A stretch of DNA of 64,000 nt from Candidatus Omnitrophota bacterium (GTDB taxonomy: Bacteria; Omnitrophota; Gorgyraeia; Duberdicusellales; 4484-171), in assembly GCA_014729775.1 (NCBI GenBank), contig WJJJ01000007.1, positions 94,302 through 158,301 on the forward strand. Reading direction: 5' to 3'. Positions 20,882 to 29,552 of this stretch are shown in pieces. The position numbers and the translations under genes are program-made. Below the pieces are notes generated by a model, which was given only the letters and a program-made list of their open reading frames with translations, was not told the origin of the DNA and made no database searches. Position 1 is the stretch's first letter. Every line of letters starts with the position of its first letter.

Positions 20882-20957
20882 CCTCTTCTTTTGCAGTTTC
20901 CCCTGTGGAGGCAATGTTCACGGGAAGAAAAGCACTTTTTAGGAATATTGTACTGGT

Positions 20958-22478
20958 ATGGACATCGCTTCTCTTCTTTCTTCTCATGCCGCCGATCGGC
21001 CGGGAAAAACCGCGGTACAGACCCGCGGCCGGTCGATGTCGTTCCGTGAACTGGCGCGCCGGGCGTTTCAGGTAAGCGAGTTTCTCGAACGCCGGGGCGT
21101 GGTGAAGGGAACGCACGTCGGGATATTTCTCCCCAACAGCGTTGAGTCGGTGTGGATTCAGCTGGGAATCTTATGCCGGGGCGCAGTCTTGGTACCGCTG
21201 GACTATATGTTATCGCAGGAGGAAGTTATCGCCTTTCTTCATCACAGCGGCGCCGCGCTTCTTTTCTTCCAGCCGAAAAAGGGGATCGATGCCGCCGAGG
21301 TGCGGGCGCGTTGTCCGCACCTGCAGAGTGTGGTGCGCTGCGGCGATTCTCCGGGAGAGGAGCGAGGCGGTGATCTTGACGAGCTTGTTTCGTACAGCGG
21401 TCGGGAGCCGAAAGGTTCCGTGTCTCCGGATGATCCGGCGGCGCTGTTTTATACTTCGGGTTCGACGGGGCGGCCCAAAGGGGTGGTACTCAGTTTTGGA
21501 CATCTGGATAATCCCGTTGAAACGATAGGAAAATATTTGCAGGTGGAGGAGACAGACGTGTTTTTGTGCGGAGGAGTTCCGTTTTCTCATGTGGGCGGTC
21601 TCGATTATCTTCTTCTGACAGCCTCGTTCGGCACGACGCTGGTGCTCATGGAGCGTTTTCATCCTTTGGAATTCCTGAGAAACATCGCGGAGTTCGGCGT
21701 GACGATATTTTGCATTGTTCCGGCGATGTATGTCGCGATCCTTGCCCTGAAAGAGTACGAACGGTTTGATCTGTCTTCTCTGCGCTACGCCGTAGTATTC
21801 GGCGCTCCTTCTTCTCCGGCGTTATTGTGCAGGTTTCACCGGATGTGTCCCAATGCCGGAGTGCTCAACGGATGGGGCATGACCGAAACCGCCGCACCGA
21901 ACACGTTTTCTCCCCGGGACGAGGAAAAATTAAGCACGATCGGACGGTTTGAGCTCGGCACTGAAGCGCGGTTGAGCGATGATGCCGGACGGGAAATCTC
22001 CGGCCCGGGAGAAGGCGAGTTATGGGTGCGGGGGCCGGCGGTGATGAAGGAATATTTTAAGGACCTGGAACTTACCCGGCAGACAATCACGCCAGAGGGA
22101 TGGCTGAAAACAGGAGATATCGCCCGTCGCGACCGGGAAGGCATCTATACTATTGTAGGAAGAAAAAAGGATATGTTAAAGGTTGCCGGAGAGATCGTGT
22201 TTTGCGCCGAGGTCGAAGAGGCGCTCCAGATGCATCCGGAGGTGCGGGAAGCCGCCGTGATCGGCGTTCCCGACCGTTTCCGCGGAGAGGTGCCCAAGGC
22301 TTTTGTGGTTTTACGGGACGAGGCGGCGCATGGTGGCGAACATCTGCGGGAGTTCCTTCGCGCGCGCCTGGCCCATTTCAAAATTCCGCATTTTTTCCAG
22401 GTGTGCGGTTCATTGCCGAAAAACAGAACAGGGAAGATCGATAAACGGCTGTTAAGGAAAACAGAAGAATCCGTATAA
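20958..22478 (+). CDS. AMP-dependent synthetase/ligase (acyl-CoA or aryl-CoA ligase, ANL superfamily)
   Basis: AMP-binding motif YTSGSTGRPKGV, A8/A10-like motifs (GWLKTGD..., PKNRTGKIDKRLL). 506 aa. Confidence 0.85.
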   Translation: MDIASLLSSHAADRPGKTAVQTRGRSMSFRELARRAFQVSEFLERRGVVKGTHVGIFLPNSVESVWIQLGILCRGAVLVPLDYMLSQEEVIAFLHHSGAALLFFQPKKGIDAAEVRARCPHLQSVVRCGDSPGEERGGDLDELVSYSGREPKGSVSPDDPAALFYTSGSTGRPKGVVLSFGHLDNPVETIGKYLQVEETDVFLCGGVPFSHVGGLDYLLLTASFGTTLVLMERFHPLEFLRNIAEFGVTIFCIVPAMYVAILALKEYERFDLSSLRYAVVFGAPSSPALLCRFHRMCPNAGVLNGWGMTETAAPNTFSPRDEEKLSTIGRFELGTEARLSDDAGREISGPGEGELWVRGPAVMKEYFKDLELTRQTITPEGWLKTGDIARRDREGIYTIVGRKKDMLKVAGEIVFCAEVEEALQMHPEVREAAVIGVPDRFRGEVPKAFVVLRDEAAHGGEHLREFLRARLAHFKIPHFFQVCGSLPKNRTGKIDKRLLRKTEESV

Positions 22479-22499
22479 ACCGTTAAGGAGGAATACGTT

Positions 22500-23249
22500 A
22501 TGATGCAGCGGGACGTGCATATGAAACCCGGAGATTTACTCGAGTCGCTCCAGTTTCAGCCTGGTGATTTCGGTCCGGTCGCACTGGTGAGCGGACAGCC
22601 CCACCGGGCAAAAATGTGCCTTAAGAAGCTTGAGAACCCGGTGAAAAATTTTACCTTTTTGGGGTATACGTTTTGGACCGGGACCTACCAGGGGCAGAAG
22701 GTTACCGTAGGCAATGGAGGATTTTATGCGCCTGATTCGGCTTTTGTCACCGAACTGCTCTGTTTCGGCGGAGTCGACATATTAATCCGGCTGGGATCTT
22801 GCGGAGCGCTGCAGGAACAAATTGAGATCGGGGATTTTATCGTCGCGGATAAGATTCTTCGCGGAGACGGCGCGACCCGGTACTATGTGGATGATTCCTT
22901 TGTGCCCCGCGTGGACAGTGCACTTGCGAATTCCCTGTGTGCGCTTTTCCGCGGAGTGGGCACGGTGCACCAGGGCGGGATCTGGACCACGGATGCATTA
23001 TTCAAGGAAACCAAAGAGATCGTCAATCCTTATATTGAACGCGGCGCGATCGCCGTTGATATGGTGACTTCTCCGTTCGTGACCGTGGCCAATCAATACG
23101 GGAAGAAATGCGCGGCCGTGCTGTCGGTTTCGGACAATCTCATTACGGGCCGGCTCGGATTCACGGATTTTCGGTTTTATGAAGCGGAATTGAAGATGAC
23201 CGACGCGGTTTTTCAGCTCGTTGCGCAGAGCGAGGGAGCAAAAAAATGA
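22500..23249 (+). CDS. Nucleoside phosphorylase, PNP/UDP (phosphorylase-1) family; possible MTA/5'-deoxyadenosine phosphorylase
   Basis: 249 aa. Fold motifs (VTVGNGGFYAP, GSCGAL, DMVTSPF). AAGGAGG RBS. Confidence 0.65.
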   Translation: MMQRDVHMKPGDLLESLQFQPGDFGPVALVSGQPHRAKMCLKKLENPVKNFTFLGYTFWTGTYQGQKVTVGNGGFYAPDSAFVTELLCFGGVDILIRLGSCGALQEQIEIGDFIVADKILRGDGATRYYVDDSFVPRVDSALANSLCALFRGVGTVHQGGIWTTDALFKETKEIVNPYIERGAIAVDMVTSPFVTVANQYGKKCAAVLSVSDNLITGRLGFTDFRFYEAELKMTDAVFQLVAQSEGAKK

Positions 23250-23536
23250 ACATTGAATGGAGGCCCGATGCCGAGCAGGTGTTTCAGCAGGTCGTTTCTC
23301 ATTTGCCGCAGTTCCACCGGAGTATCGCGGAGCGGCTGGTAAGAGAAAAAGCCCCGGAACTCGCGCGGTCCCGCCAGGCGGAAAGAGTCACCCGGGAAGA
23401 CGTGATAGGCGCCTTCATGCAGGAAGTTCCCCCGGCTTTCAAAGAGATGCTTGAGCGGTTGCTTCACAAGCTGCGCATTCCCTGGGACGGTTCCCAAAAT
23501 GATCGAGCACAGACAGCAGATCAGGATACGGACTAG
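23246..23536 (+). CDS. PCP_red-like small protein (protochlorophyllide reductase C-terminal-domain-like)
   Basis: 96 aa, ATGA-coupled to the upstream gene. N-terminal W..DAEQVFQQV..LPQFHRSIAERLVREKA resembles standalone PCP_red domain proteins. Confidence 0.4.
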   Translation: MNIEWRPDAEQVFQQVVSHLPQFHRSIAERLVREKAPELARSRQAERVTREDVIGAFMQEVPPAFKEMLERLLHKLRIPWDGSQNDRAQTADQDTD

Positions 23537-23939
23537 CGCGGATCTCGTTTTTGATGAATGCGTCCGCTGGTGGAGAAGTCCGTGGTGGCCGCCGGTTCCG
23601 GTGGAGTTCCGGGAACTACAGCGTCACGCGGGAGAATGGGTATACGAACAGAAAATCAACATGCCCTGCGGTCCCCGATGGCGGGTGCGGCAGGTGCGCG
23701 CCGACCGCGGAGCGAAACGCGTCGAACGGAGATTTACCCGGGGAGTTTTTTCCGGCGGCGGGGAGCTGATAGATCTTCTGCCGGAGGAGGCGTCAACGAA
23801 AATTTCGTACGAGTTTTCTTTCCCTTCCCGGAATCCGGCGGTGGTATGCGCCTGGTACGCGGTGGCGAAATATTTTCACCGGCAAAGCGTGCAGAGAGTA
23901 TTCCATGCGATGAAAACCTATCTGGAGGCGGATGAATGA
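23499..23939 (+). CDS. SRPBCC-fold protein (polyketide cyclase/dehydrase-like), Trp/Arg-rich
   Basis: About 146 aa from the internal Met. Start is uncertain and it overlaps the previous gene out of frame. Fold assignment is by similarity pattern only. Confidence 0.4.
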   Translation: MIEHRQQIRIRTSADLVFDECVRWWRSPWWPPVPVEFRELQRHAGEWVYEQKINMPCGPRWRVRQVRADRGAKRVERRFTRGVFSGGGELIDLLPEEASTKISYEFSFPSRNPAVVCAWYAVAKYFHRQSVQRVFHAMKTYLEADE

Positions 23940-24946
23940 AAATTGCGGTGATCGGATGCGGCGCCATCGGAGGAACTCTTCTCGCCTATTTGTCCCGCGC
24001 GGGCGCAGACGTTAGGGGCGTAATGAAATCCTCTCAGCTCGCCGATGTGAGCGGAAAGGGCTTGCGGCTGGAAGGTGCGCGCGGCGCGGAGCAGGTCAAG
24101 GTGCGCGGGGTTGAACGTCTTGGGGAACCGGTGGATCTGGCGGTGTGCGCGACAAAAATCCCCGATCTGGAAGAAGCGTTGGAACGCGCCGCGCCGTTTC
24201 TGCGGGACGCGGTTACGGTGACGACTCAGAACGGGGTGGCGGCCGACGCGATTGCGCAGAGGTTCGTTCCCCGGGAGCGGATACTCAGCGGCGTGGTGAT
24301 GTTCGGGGCAACGTACCTGCCGCCTGCGAAGATCGTGCATCATTTTGAAGGTCCTCTTTTGCTGGGGAATCCCTGGGAAAAGAAGGTTCCCCGCGCCGAA
24401 GAGATCAAAAGGGAGTTGTCCCGGGCGGTGGAAATTTCTTTCTGTCCCGACATCCTTGGTGCAAAATATTTGAAATTATTCGTGAACCTGAATAACTGTG
24501 TTCCGGCAGTGCTGGGCTGTTCTTTGCAGGAGGCGTTTTCCTCTCCCGAAATTGCGGAAATCGCCGTTCGGTTAAACCGCGAAGCCTACCGGGTAGTGGC
24601 CGCGCGGGGGATCGTCCTGCAGAGTTTACCCACCTATCCCAAGGAACGGTTGGAAAAATTGGTGTCACTGCCGGTAAAAGAGGCCGCGGGAATTTTTTCT
24701 CGTATTATGCAGTCTTTGAGCGAAACTCCGGTGTACGGTTCGGTTTTGCAGAGTATCCGCCGTGGACGCAGGTCGGAGATCGATTATTTAAACGGAGAAA
24801 TAGTGCGGCTGGCCGCACAGGGTTCTCAGCCGGCGTTCTATAACCGGACTATCGTGGACATGGTGCATTCCGTGGAACAATCGGGACGCTTTTTCTCCCG
24901 GGAGGAATTAGTGAAAAAAATGGAGCAAGAAAAGGAGGCGGCATGA
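23936..24946 (+). CDS. Ketopantoate reductase-like (ApbA/PanE family) NAD(P)-dependent oxidoreductase
   Basis: N-terminal Rossmann motif MKIAVIGCGAIGG. 336 aa. ATGA overlap with the upstream gene. Confidence 0.75.
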   Translation: MKIAVIGCGAIGGTLLAYLSRAGADVRGVMKSSQLADVSGKGLRLEGARGAEQVKVRGVERLGEPVDLAVCATKIPDLEEALERAAPFLRDAVTVTTQNGVAADAIAQRFVPRERILSGVVMFGATYLPPAKIVHHFEGPLLLGNPWEKKVPRAEEIKRELSRAVEISFCPDILGAKYLKLFVNLNNCVPAVLGCSLQEAFSSPEIAEIAVRLNREAYRVVAARGIVLQSLPTYPKERLEKLVSLPVKEAAGIFSRIMQSLSETPVYGSVLQSIRRGRRSEIDYLNGEIVRLAAQGSQPAFYNRTIVDMVHSVEQSGRFFSREELVKKMEQEKEAA

Positions 24947-25542
24947 GCGCAGATCCGCAGCCCAAGATCGTATTTCCCAAAATAAAACTCACGGTCATTA
25001 AGAAAGAAGGGCATTGTTATCATCATTATGAGGTGGGTGACGAATTCATCCTGGACGACTTCACCCATCCGCCGAAGCATTTTTGCGCCGGTATTGTGAA
25101 ATCCGCGTTTCCCTGTTTTTATGCGCTTACCTTCGGGTCTGAATTCAAATTCATGGACAATACCAAATCGATTACGACTACTTGTCCCGATAACGGGAAG
25201 CTCACCTTTAAAATCGAACTGCTCGACGAACAGGGCGGGGTAATCGAAAAACCTAAGGAGAAGCCGCCGAAACCGAATCCGAAGCAGCTGGAGATTGAGG
25301 TGGAGGAAGTCCGCGGGCATTGTTTTTTCGGATACAAAAAGGGGGATACGTTTCGTACTACCGGGTTGAAAACCCCCGTGGACTTCTGCGGCGCGGCGTA
25401 CAGCGTGCTGTTCCCGGTATTGTTCGCGCTGAATTTCGGCGCCGAATTCCCGTTCGAAAAAAACCCGGTGTGCAAAACAGGAATCACCTGTCCCGATGGC
25501 GGCAACATCAAATTTAAAATTACAAGAGTGGAGGACCGATGA
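24943..25542 (+). CDS. Tandem-duplicated TIGR04076-like protein (two Cys/His-rich repeats)
   Basis: Two homologous halves of about 90 aa, each with EGHC/RGHC ... GDEF/GDTF ... FCxxxxxxxFP ... ALxFGxEF ... CPD(N/G)G ... FKI motifs. 4-nt overlaps with both neighbouring genes. Confidence 0.55.
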   Translation: MSADPQPKIVFPKIKLTVIKKEGHCYHHYEVGDEFILDDFTHPPKHFCAGIVKSAFPCFYALTFGSEFKFMDNTKSITTTCPDNGKLTFKIELLDEQGGVIEKPKEKPPKPNPKQLEIEVEEVRGHCFFGYKKGDTFRTTGLKTPVDFCGAAYSVLFPVLFALNFGAEFPFEKNPVCKTGITCPDGGNIKFKITRVEDR

Positions 25543-26792
25543 GAAGAGTCGTGATTACCGGACTCGGCGTGATCTGCGCCGCCGGAGAGGATAAAGACCG
25601 GTTTTATCAGAATTTGATCGACGGGGTGCCCTGCATTGAACGGGTTGAGAATTTTGACGTGAGTTTGTTTAATTCCAAAATTGCCTCTCAGGCGGCGGAT
25701 TTCGATCCGCGCAAATTTGATATTCCGGATTTTCAGCGCATGGACCGTTACGTCCAGATGTCACTGGCGTCGGCGAAACAGGCCGTGGACGATTCCGGGA
25801 TCGATTTTTCCCGGACCGACCGGCGCCGGTGCGGCGTGGTGCTCGCCAACGCGATCTGCGGCACGCGTTTCATGGAGGAAGAATTTTTGCTGGTGACCGA
25901 CTGGGGAAAAAATCCCATTGATCCGCGCAAAGGGCGTCCCTACCTGTATGACGCGGCCATGTTTAATACTCCCAGCGCGGAAATCGCGGCGCGTTACCGC
26001 ACACAGGGGATCAACTGTACGATTTCGACCGGGTGTACCGCCGGCACGGATTCGATCGGGTTTGCCTACGAGTTGATTCGGGAGGGCCGGCAGGAGTGCG
26101 TGCTCGCCGGCGCGGGAGAAGCGCCGATCACGCCGATCACCTTCGGCGCGTTCGATGTGGTAAACGTATTATCCAAAAGAAACGACGATCCCCATCGCGC
26201 GTCAAGACCGTTTGATCACCAGCGGGACGGATTCGTCATTTCCGAGGGCGCGGGAATTCTGATGCTGGAGGAATTAAATCATGCCCGGGAACGCGGCGCG
26301 CAGATCTATGCCGAAATCACCGGATACGGAACCAGTTGTAACGCCTATCATATGACGGATCTGCCGCCGGACGGGGAACCTATGGCCAGGTGCATGCGTG
26401 ATGCGCTTGCCGAAGCCGGCATTCCTCCGGATAAAATCGGATATGTGAACGCCCACGGCTCTTCCACCCGGCAGAACGACGCTTTTGAAACCGACGCGTA
26501 TAAAAAGGTATTTCAGGAGTATGCGTATCACGTACCCATTAGTTCCATAAAGTCCATGATCGGACATCCTTTGGCGGCGGCGAACGCGGTGGAAAGCGTA
26601 CTGTGCTGCATGGTGTTCCGGCACGGGTATCTTCCGCCGACGATTAATCATGAAGAGCCGGATCCGAAATGTGATCTCGATTACATACCGAACACGAAAC
26701 GAGAGGGTGCGCCGGAGTACATCCTGAAAACGAGCAGCGGGTTTTCCGGCATTCATTCTTCGATCGTTTTCAAAAGATGGAGCGCGCGATGA
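25539..26792 (+). CDS. Beta-ketoacyl synthase, type II PKS KS-alpha-like (FabF family), catalytically complete
   Basis: Active-site Cys in ISTGCTAGTDS. His residues in VNAHGSSTRQND and KSMIGHPLAAAN. 417 aa. Confidence 0.9.
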   Translation: MRRVVITGLGVICAAGEDKDRFYQNLIDGVPCIERVENFDVSLFNSKIASQAADFDPRKFDIPDFQRMDRYVQMSLASAKQAVDDSGIDFSRTDRRRCGVVLANAICGTRFMEEEFLLVTDWGKNPIDPRKGRPYLYDAAMFNTPSAEIAARYRTQGINCTISTGCTAGTDSIGFAYELIREGRQECVLAGAGEAPITPITFGAFDVVNVLSKRNDDPHRASRPFDHQRDGFVISEGAGILMLEELNHARERGAQIYAEITGYGTSCNAYHMTDLPPDGEPMARCMRDALAEAGIPPDKIGYVNAHGSSTRQNDAFETDAYKKVFQEYAYHVPISSIKSMIGHPLAAANAVESVLCCMVFRHGYLPPTINHEEPDPKCDLDYIPNTKREGAPEYILKTSSGFSGIHSSIVFKRWSAR

Positions 26793-28024
26793 AGGAACGA
26801 GTAGCCATTACGGGAATGGGAATAGTATCGCCCTGCGGTCTGAAAAAGGAAACGTTCTGGGCGAATTTGAAGCGGGCCGGATCGTACGTGGAAACCGTCA
26901 CACGATTCGACACGTCACTGTATCCGAGCCGGATCGCCGGACAGGTGCATGATCTTGATCCCTACACCCACCTTTCCGGCCGGTTGATCAAAAAAATCGA
27001 TGTGTTTTCTCATATGGCGCTGGTCGCCAGCGAACAGGCGCTTCAGGATGCCGGAGTGGATCCTGCCTCGGTGGACAAGAACCGGGTGGGGGTTTTCATG
27101 GGAAATGCTCTCGGTGGATGGCTGTTCGCGGAAACCGAGCTCAGAGACATGTATATCGAGGGTCGGGAAGGAATTTCGCCGTATATGGCCAGCGCGTGGT
27201 TTCCCGCGGCTCCGCAGGGACAGATTACGATTTATTATGGATTCAAGGGGTACAGCAAAACGATAGTCGCCGATCGAGCTTCTTCCGGACTCGCGTTATG
27301 GTACGGCGCAAGGACGATCAGGCAGAAAAAGAACGATTACGTATTGGCCGGAGGGATGGAAGCGCCTATTACCCCGTATGCCTTGCTGTGTGCCAATACC
27401 ATGGGCGGGTTATCGAAACAAAACCTCACGCCTGCCTCGGCGTATAAACCGTATGATTTATACCGCGACGGATTCGCCCTCGCAGAGGGCGCGGGCACCC
27501 TGATGCTGGAAAGCGAGACACAGGCGCGCCGGCGCGCGCGGCAGATTTACGGGTATCTTCAGGGGATCGGCTTTGCCTCGGACGGATACCATTACGCCCG
27601 GAGCGCTCCGGATTCGAGCGCGCTTGAATACGCGATCACCCAGTGCCTTGAAGATGCCGGATGGAAGACCGGCGAGGTCGATTACGTGTGTTTGGACGCG
27701 GAAGCGAGTCAGGTCGGCGACTGGTTGGAGTCCCGGGCGTTGAGAGAGGTGTTCGGCGCACATTGCGACCGGATGGCCATGAGCGCACCGAAATCGATGT
27801 TCGGTAATCTGTTGGGCGCGCAGACCGCGGTTGATCTGATTCTCACGTTGCTCTCGATGGAGCACGAGACGGTCCTGCCGACGATCAACTATCAAATGCA
27901 TGATCCTTACTGCGGGCTTGATTACACGCCGAACGTTCCCCGCCGCAGATCCATGCAAAAAGCGCTGCTGCTGTCCCGGGGCCGGGGCGGAATCCATGTG
28001 GTGGTGGCGGTCGAGAAAGCCTGA
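26777..28024 (+). CDS. KS-beta / chain-length-factor-like ketosynthase paralog lacking the Cys-His-His triad
   Basis: Thiolase fold, but the Cys position reads IVADRASSG and both His motifs are replaced (LDAEASQVGD, SMFGNLLGAQ). Overlaps KS-alpha by 16 nt. Confidence 0.8.
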   Translation: MERAMKERVAITGMGIVSPCGLKKETFWANLKRAGSYVETVTRFDTSLYPSRIAGQVHDLDPYTHLSGRLIKKIDVFSHMALVASEQALQDAGVDPASVDKNRVGVFMGNALGGWLFAETELRDMYIEGREGISPYMASAWFPAAPQGQITIYYGFKGYSKTIVADRASSGLALWYGARTIRQKKNDYVLAGGMEAPITPYALLCANTMGGLSKQNLTPASAYKPYDLYRDGFALAEGAGTLMLESETQARRRARQIYGYLQGIGFASDGYHYARSAPDSSALEYAITQCLEDAGWKTGEVDYVCLDAEASQVGDWLESRALREVFGAHCDRMAMSAPKSMFGNLLGAQTAVDLILTLLSMEHETVLPTINYQMHDPYCGLDYTPNVPRRRSMQKALLLSRGRGGIHVVVAVEKA

Positions 28025-28041
28025 GAAACAAAGGAGGGAGA

Positions 28042-28275
28042 ATGGAACTTTCCGAAGAAGTCCTTCAGACGATTTGTGAAACCTTGGAAGTAAAAAAGGA
28101 AGAGTGTCCGCCGGAACAGAAATTATACGATTCGATCGGGGTGGATTCCACGGAGATGGTCGAGCTGGTAGTCGCGCTCAATAAACGGTTCGGCATCAAA
28201 ATCGAAACGAACGAAATTACTAAGTTTTCGACGCCCTCTCAGATTTGTGAAATCGTCGCGAACAAGAAGGCATGA
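28042..28275 (+). CDS. Acyl carrier protein
   Basis: 77 aa. Phosphopantetheine-attachment context YDSIGVDSTEMVELVV. Confidence 0.8.
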   Translation: MELSEEVLQTICETLEVKKEECPPEQKLYDSIGVDSTEMVELVVALNKRFGIKIETNEITKFSTPSQICEIVANKKA

Positions 28276-28279
28276 TCCG

Positions 28280-29086
28280 ATGCGAATGGTGGATTTAAGC
28301 CTTCCTATCGACGATACCGCTTTTGAAGTGCACCCGTTGCGTATCGAGCGTACCGGACACAAGGAGGGGATCGAAAAGCTTAATAAAGTCATGATGTCAC
28401 GGATGCCGGGAGGAGCCGAACGCTTCAAGGCCGGTGAGCGCATCATCCGGCCTTCGGACGTGCCGGGTCAAGAGTTTCTTTCGCTGGAAATGGTCTACTC
28501 ATCCGTGCACAGCGGGACGCATTTGGATTATTCTTATCATTACGGAAGCCGGTCCGAGGGCCGGGCGTCGAAGCCGGCTTCGGAGATTCCCCTGGAATGG
28601 TGCGCCGGGCCGGGTGTGAAGCTGTCTTTGCGGGATGCGCAGCCGGGCGGGGCGATCACCGCAGACGACCTTCGGGCGGAACTGGACCGGATCGGGTATG
28701 GACTTAAGCCTTATGATATTGTGCTCATTTCCACCGGCTGCGACCGCTTGTTCGGCGGATCAGAATATTTCTCAGAATATCCGGGGATTGATCCCGGCGC
28801 GATCGATTTTCTTTTGGATTCCGGGATAAAAATTTTCGGGGTTGATACCATGGGAATTGACCGGCCGTATAAGTATATGATGAAGGAGTTCCTTGAGGAG
28901 AAAAACACGCAGGCGCTTTGGCCGGCGCATTTTCACGGCCGCAAAAGGGAATTCGTCCACATTGAACGTCTGGCGAATTTGGCGGCGCTTCCCGATTATG
29001 GATTTACCGTGTTCTGTTTTCCGGTGAAAATCCGTAATACCGGAGGAGCCTGGGCCAGGGTCGTGGCGCGGGTGCAAGAGCAGTGA
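28280..29086 (+). CDS. Cyclase-family protein (kynurenine formamidase-like fold, PF04199-type)
   Basis: About 268 aa from the ATG at 28280, just after the ACP stop. Metal-binding H-x-GTHxD-like motif (SSVHSGTHLD). Confidence 0.65.
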   Translation: MRMVDLSLPIDDTAFEVHPLRIERTGHKEGIEKLNKVMMSRMPGGAERFKAGERIIRPSDVPGQEFLSLEMVYSSVHSGTHLDYSYHYGSRSEGRASKPASEIPLEWCAGPGVKLSLRDAQPGGAITADDLRAELDRIGYGLKPYDIVLISTGCDRLFGGSEYFSEYPGIDPGAIDFLLDSGIKIFGVDTMGIDRPYKYMMKEFLEEKNTQALWPAHFHGRKREFVHIERLANLAALPDYGFTVFCFPVKIRNTGGAWARVVARVQEQ

Positions 29087-29118
29087 AAACAGGACGATGA
29101 AACGAAAGGAGGTTGTTC

Positions 29119-29547
29119 ATGGCGCATACGGTGAACAGAATCGTCATTGATGCCGATTACGAGAAAGTGTTCGAGATGAGCAACGATATCGGCCGCTGGA
29201 AAGAATTTTTTAATGAATATACCGATTCCAAAGTGCTCAAAAAGGAAGGGAAGAAAATTACCTTTGAATTAACCCATCAGAAAGGAACCCGCTGGACATC
29301 ATACCGGATATTGGCGAAAGAGGAGAGGTTCGCCTACGCGTCCCGGATGGAACCGATGGCTCCTTTTCAGTACATGAAAATCATATGGCTCTACCGGGAA
29401 ACCGAAGGGGGAACGGAGATGACATGGATTCAGGATTTCTCCATGGCGCCGGACGCGAAGGTGGATGATTCCCGGGCCGAACAGATGATTAACGAGCATT
29501 CCAAAGAAAATCTGAAGCGGTTTAAAGAGATCATCGAAAATTCCTAA
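29119..29547 (+). CDS. SRPBCC-fold protein (aromatase/cyclase-like, polyketide_cyc2-type)
   Basis: About 142 aa. AAGGAGG RBS 6 nt before the ATG at 29119. Confidence 0.6.
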   Translation: MAHTVNRIVIDADYEKVFEMSNDIGRWKEFFNEYTDSKVLKKEGKKITFELTHQKGTRWTSYRILAKEERFAYASRMEPMAPFQYMKIIWLYRETEGGTEMTWIQDFSMAPDAKVDDSRAEQMINEHSKENLKRFKEIIENS

Positions 29548-29552
29548 AGATC

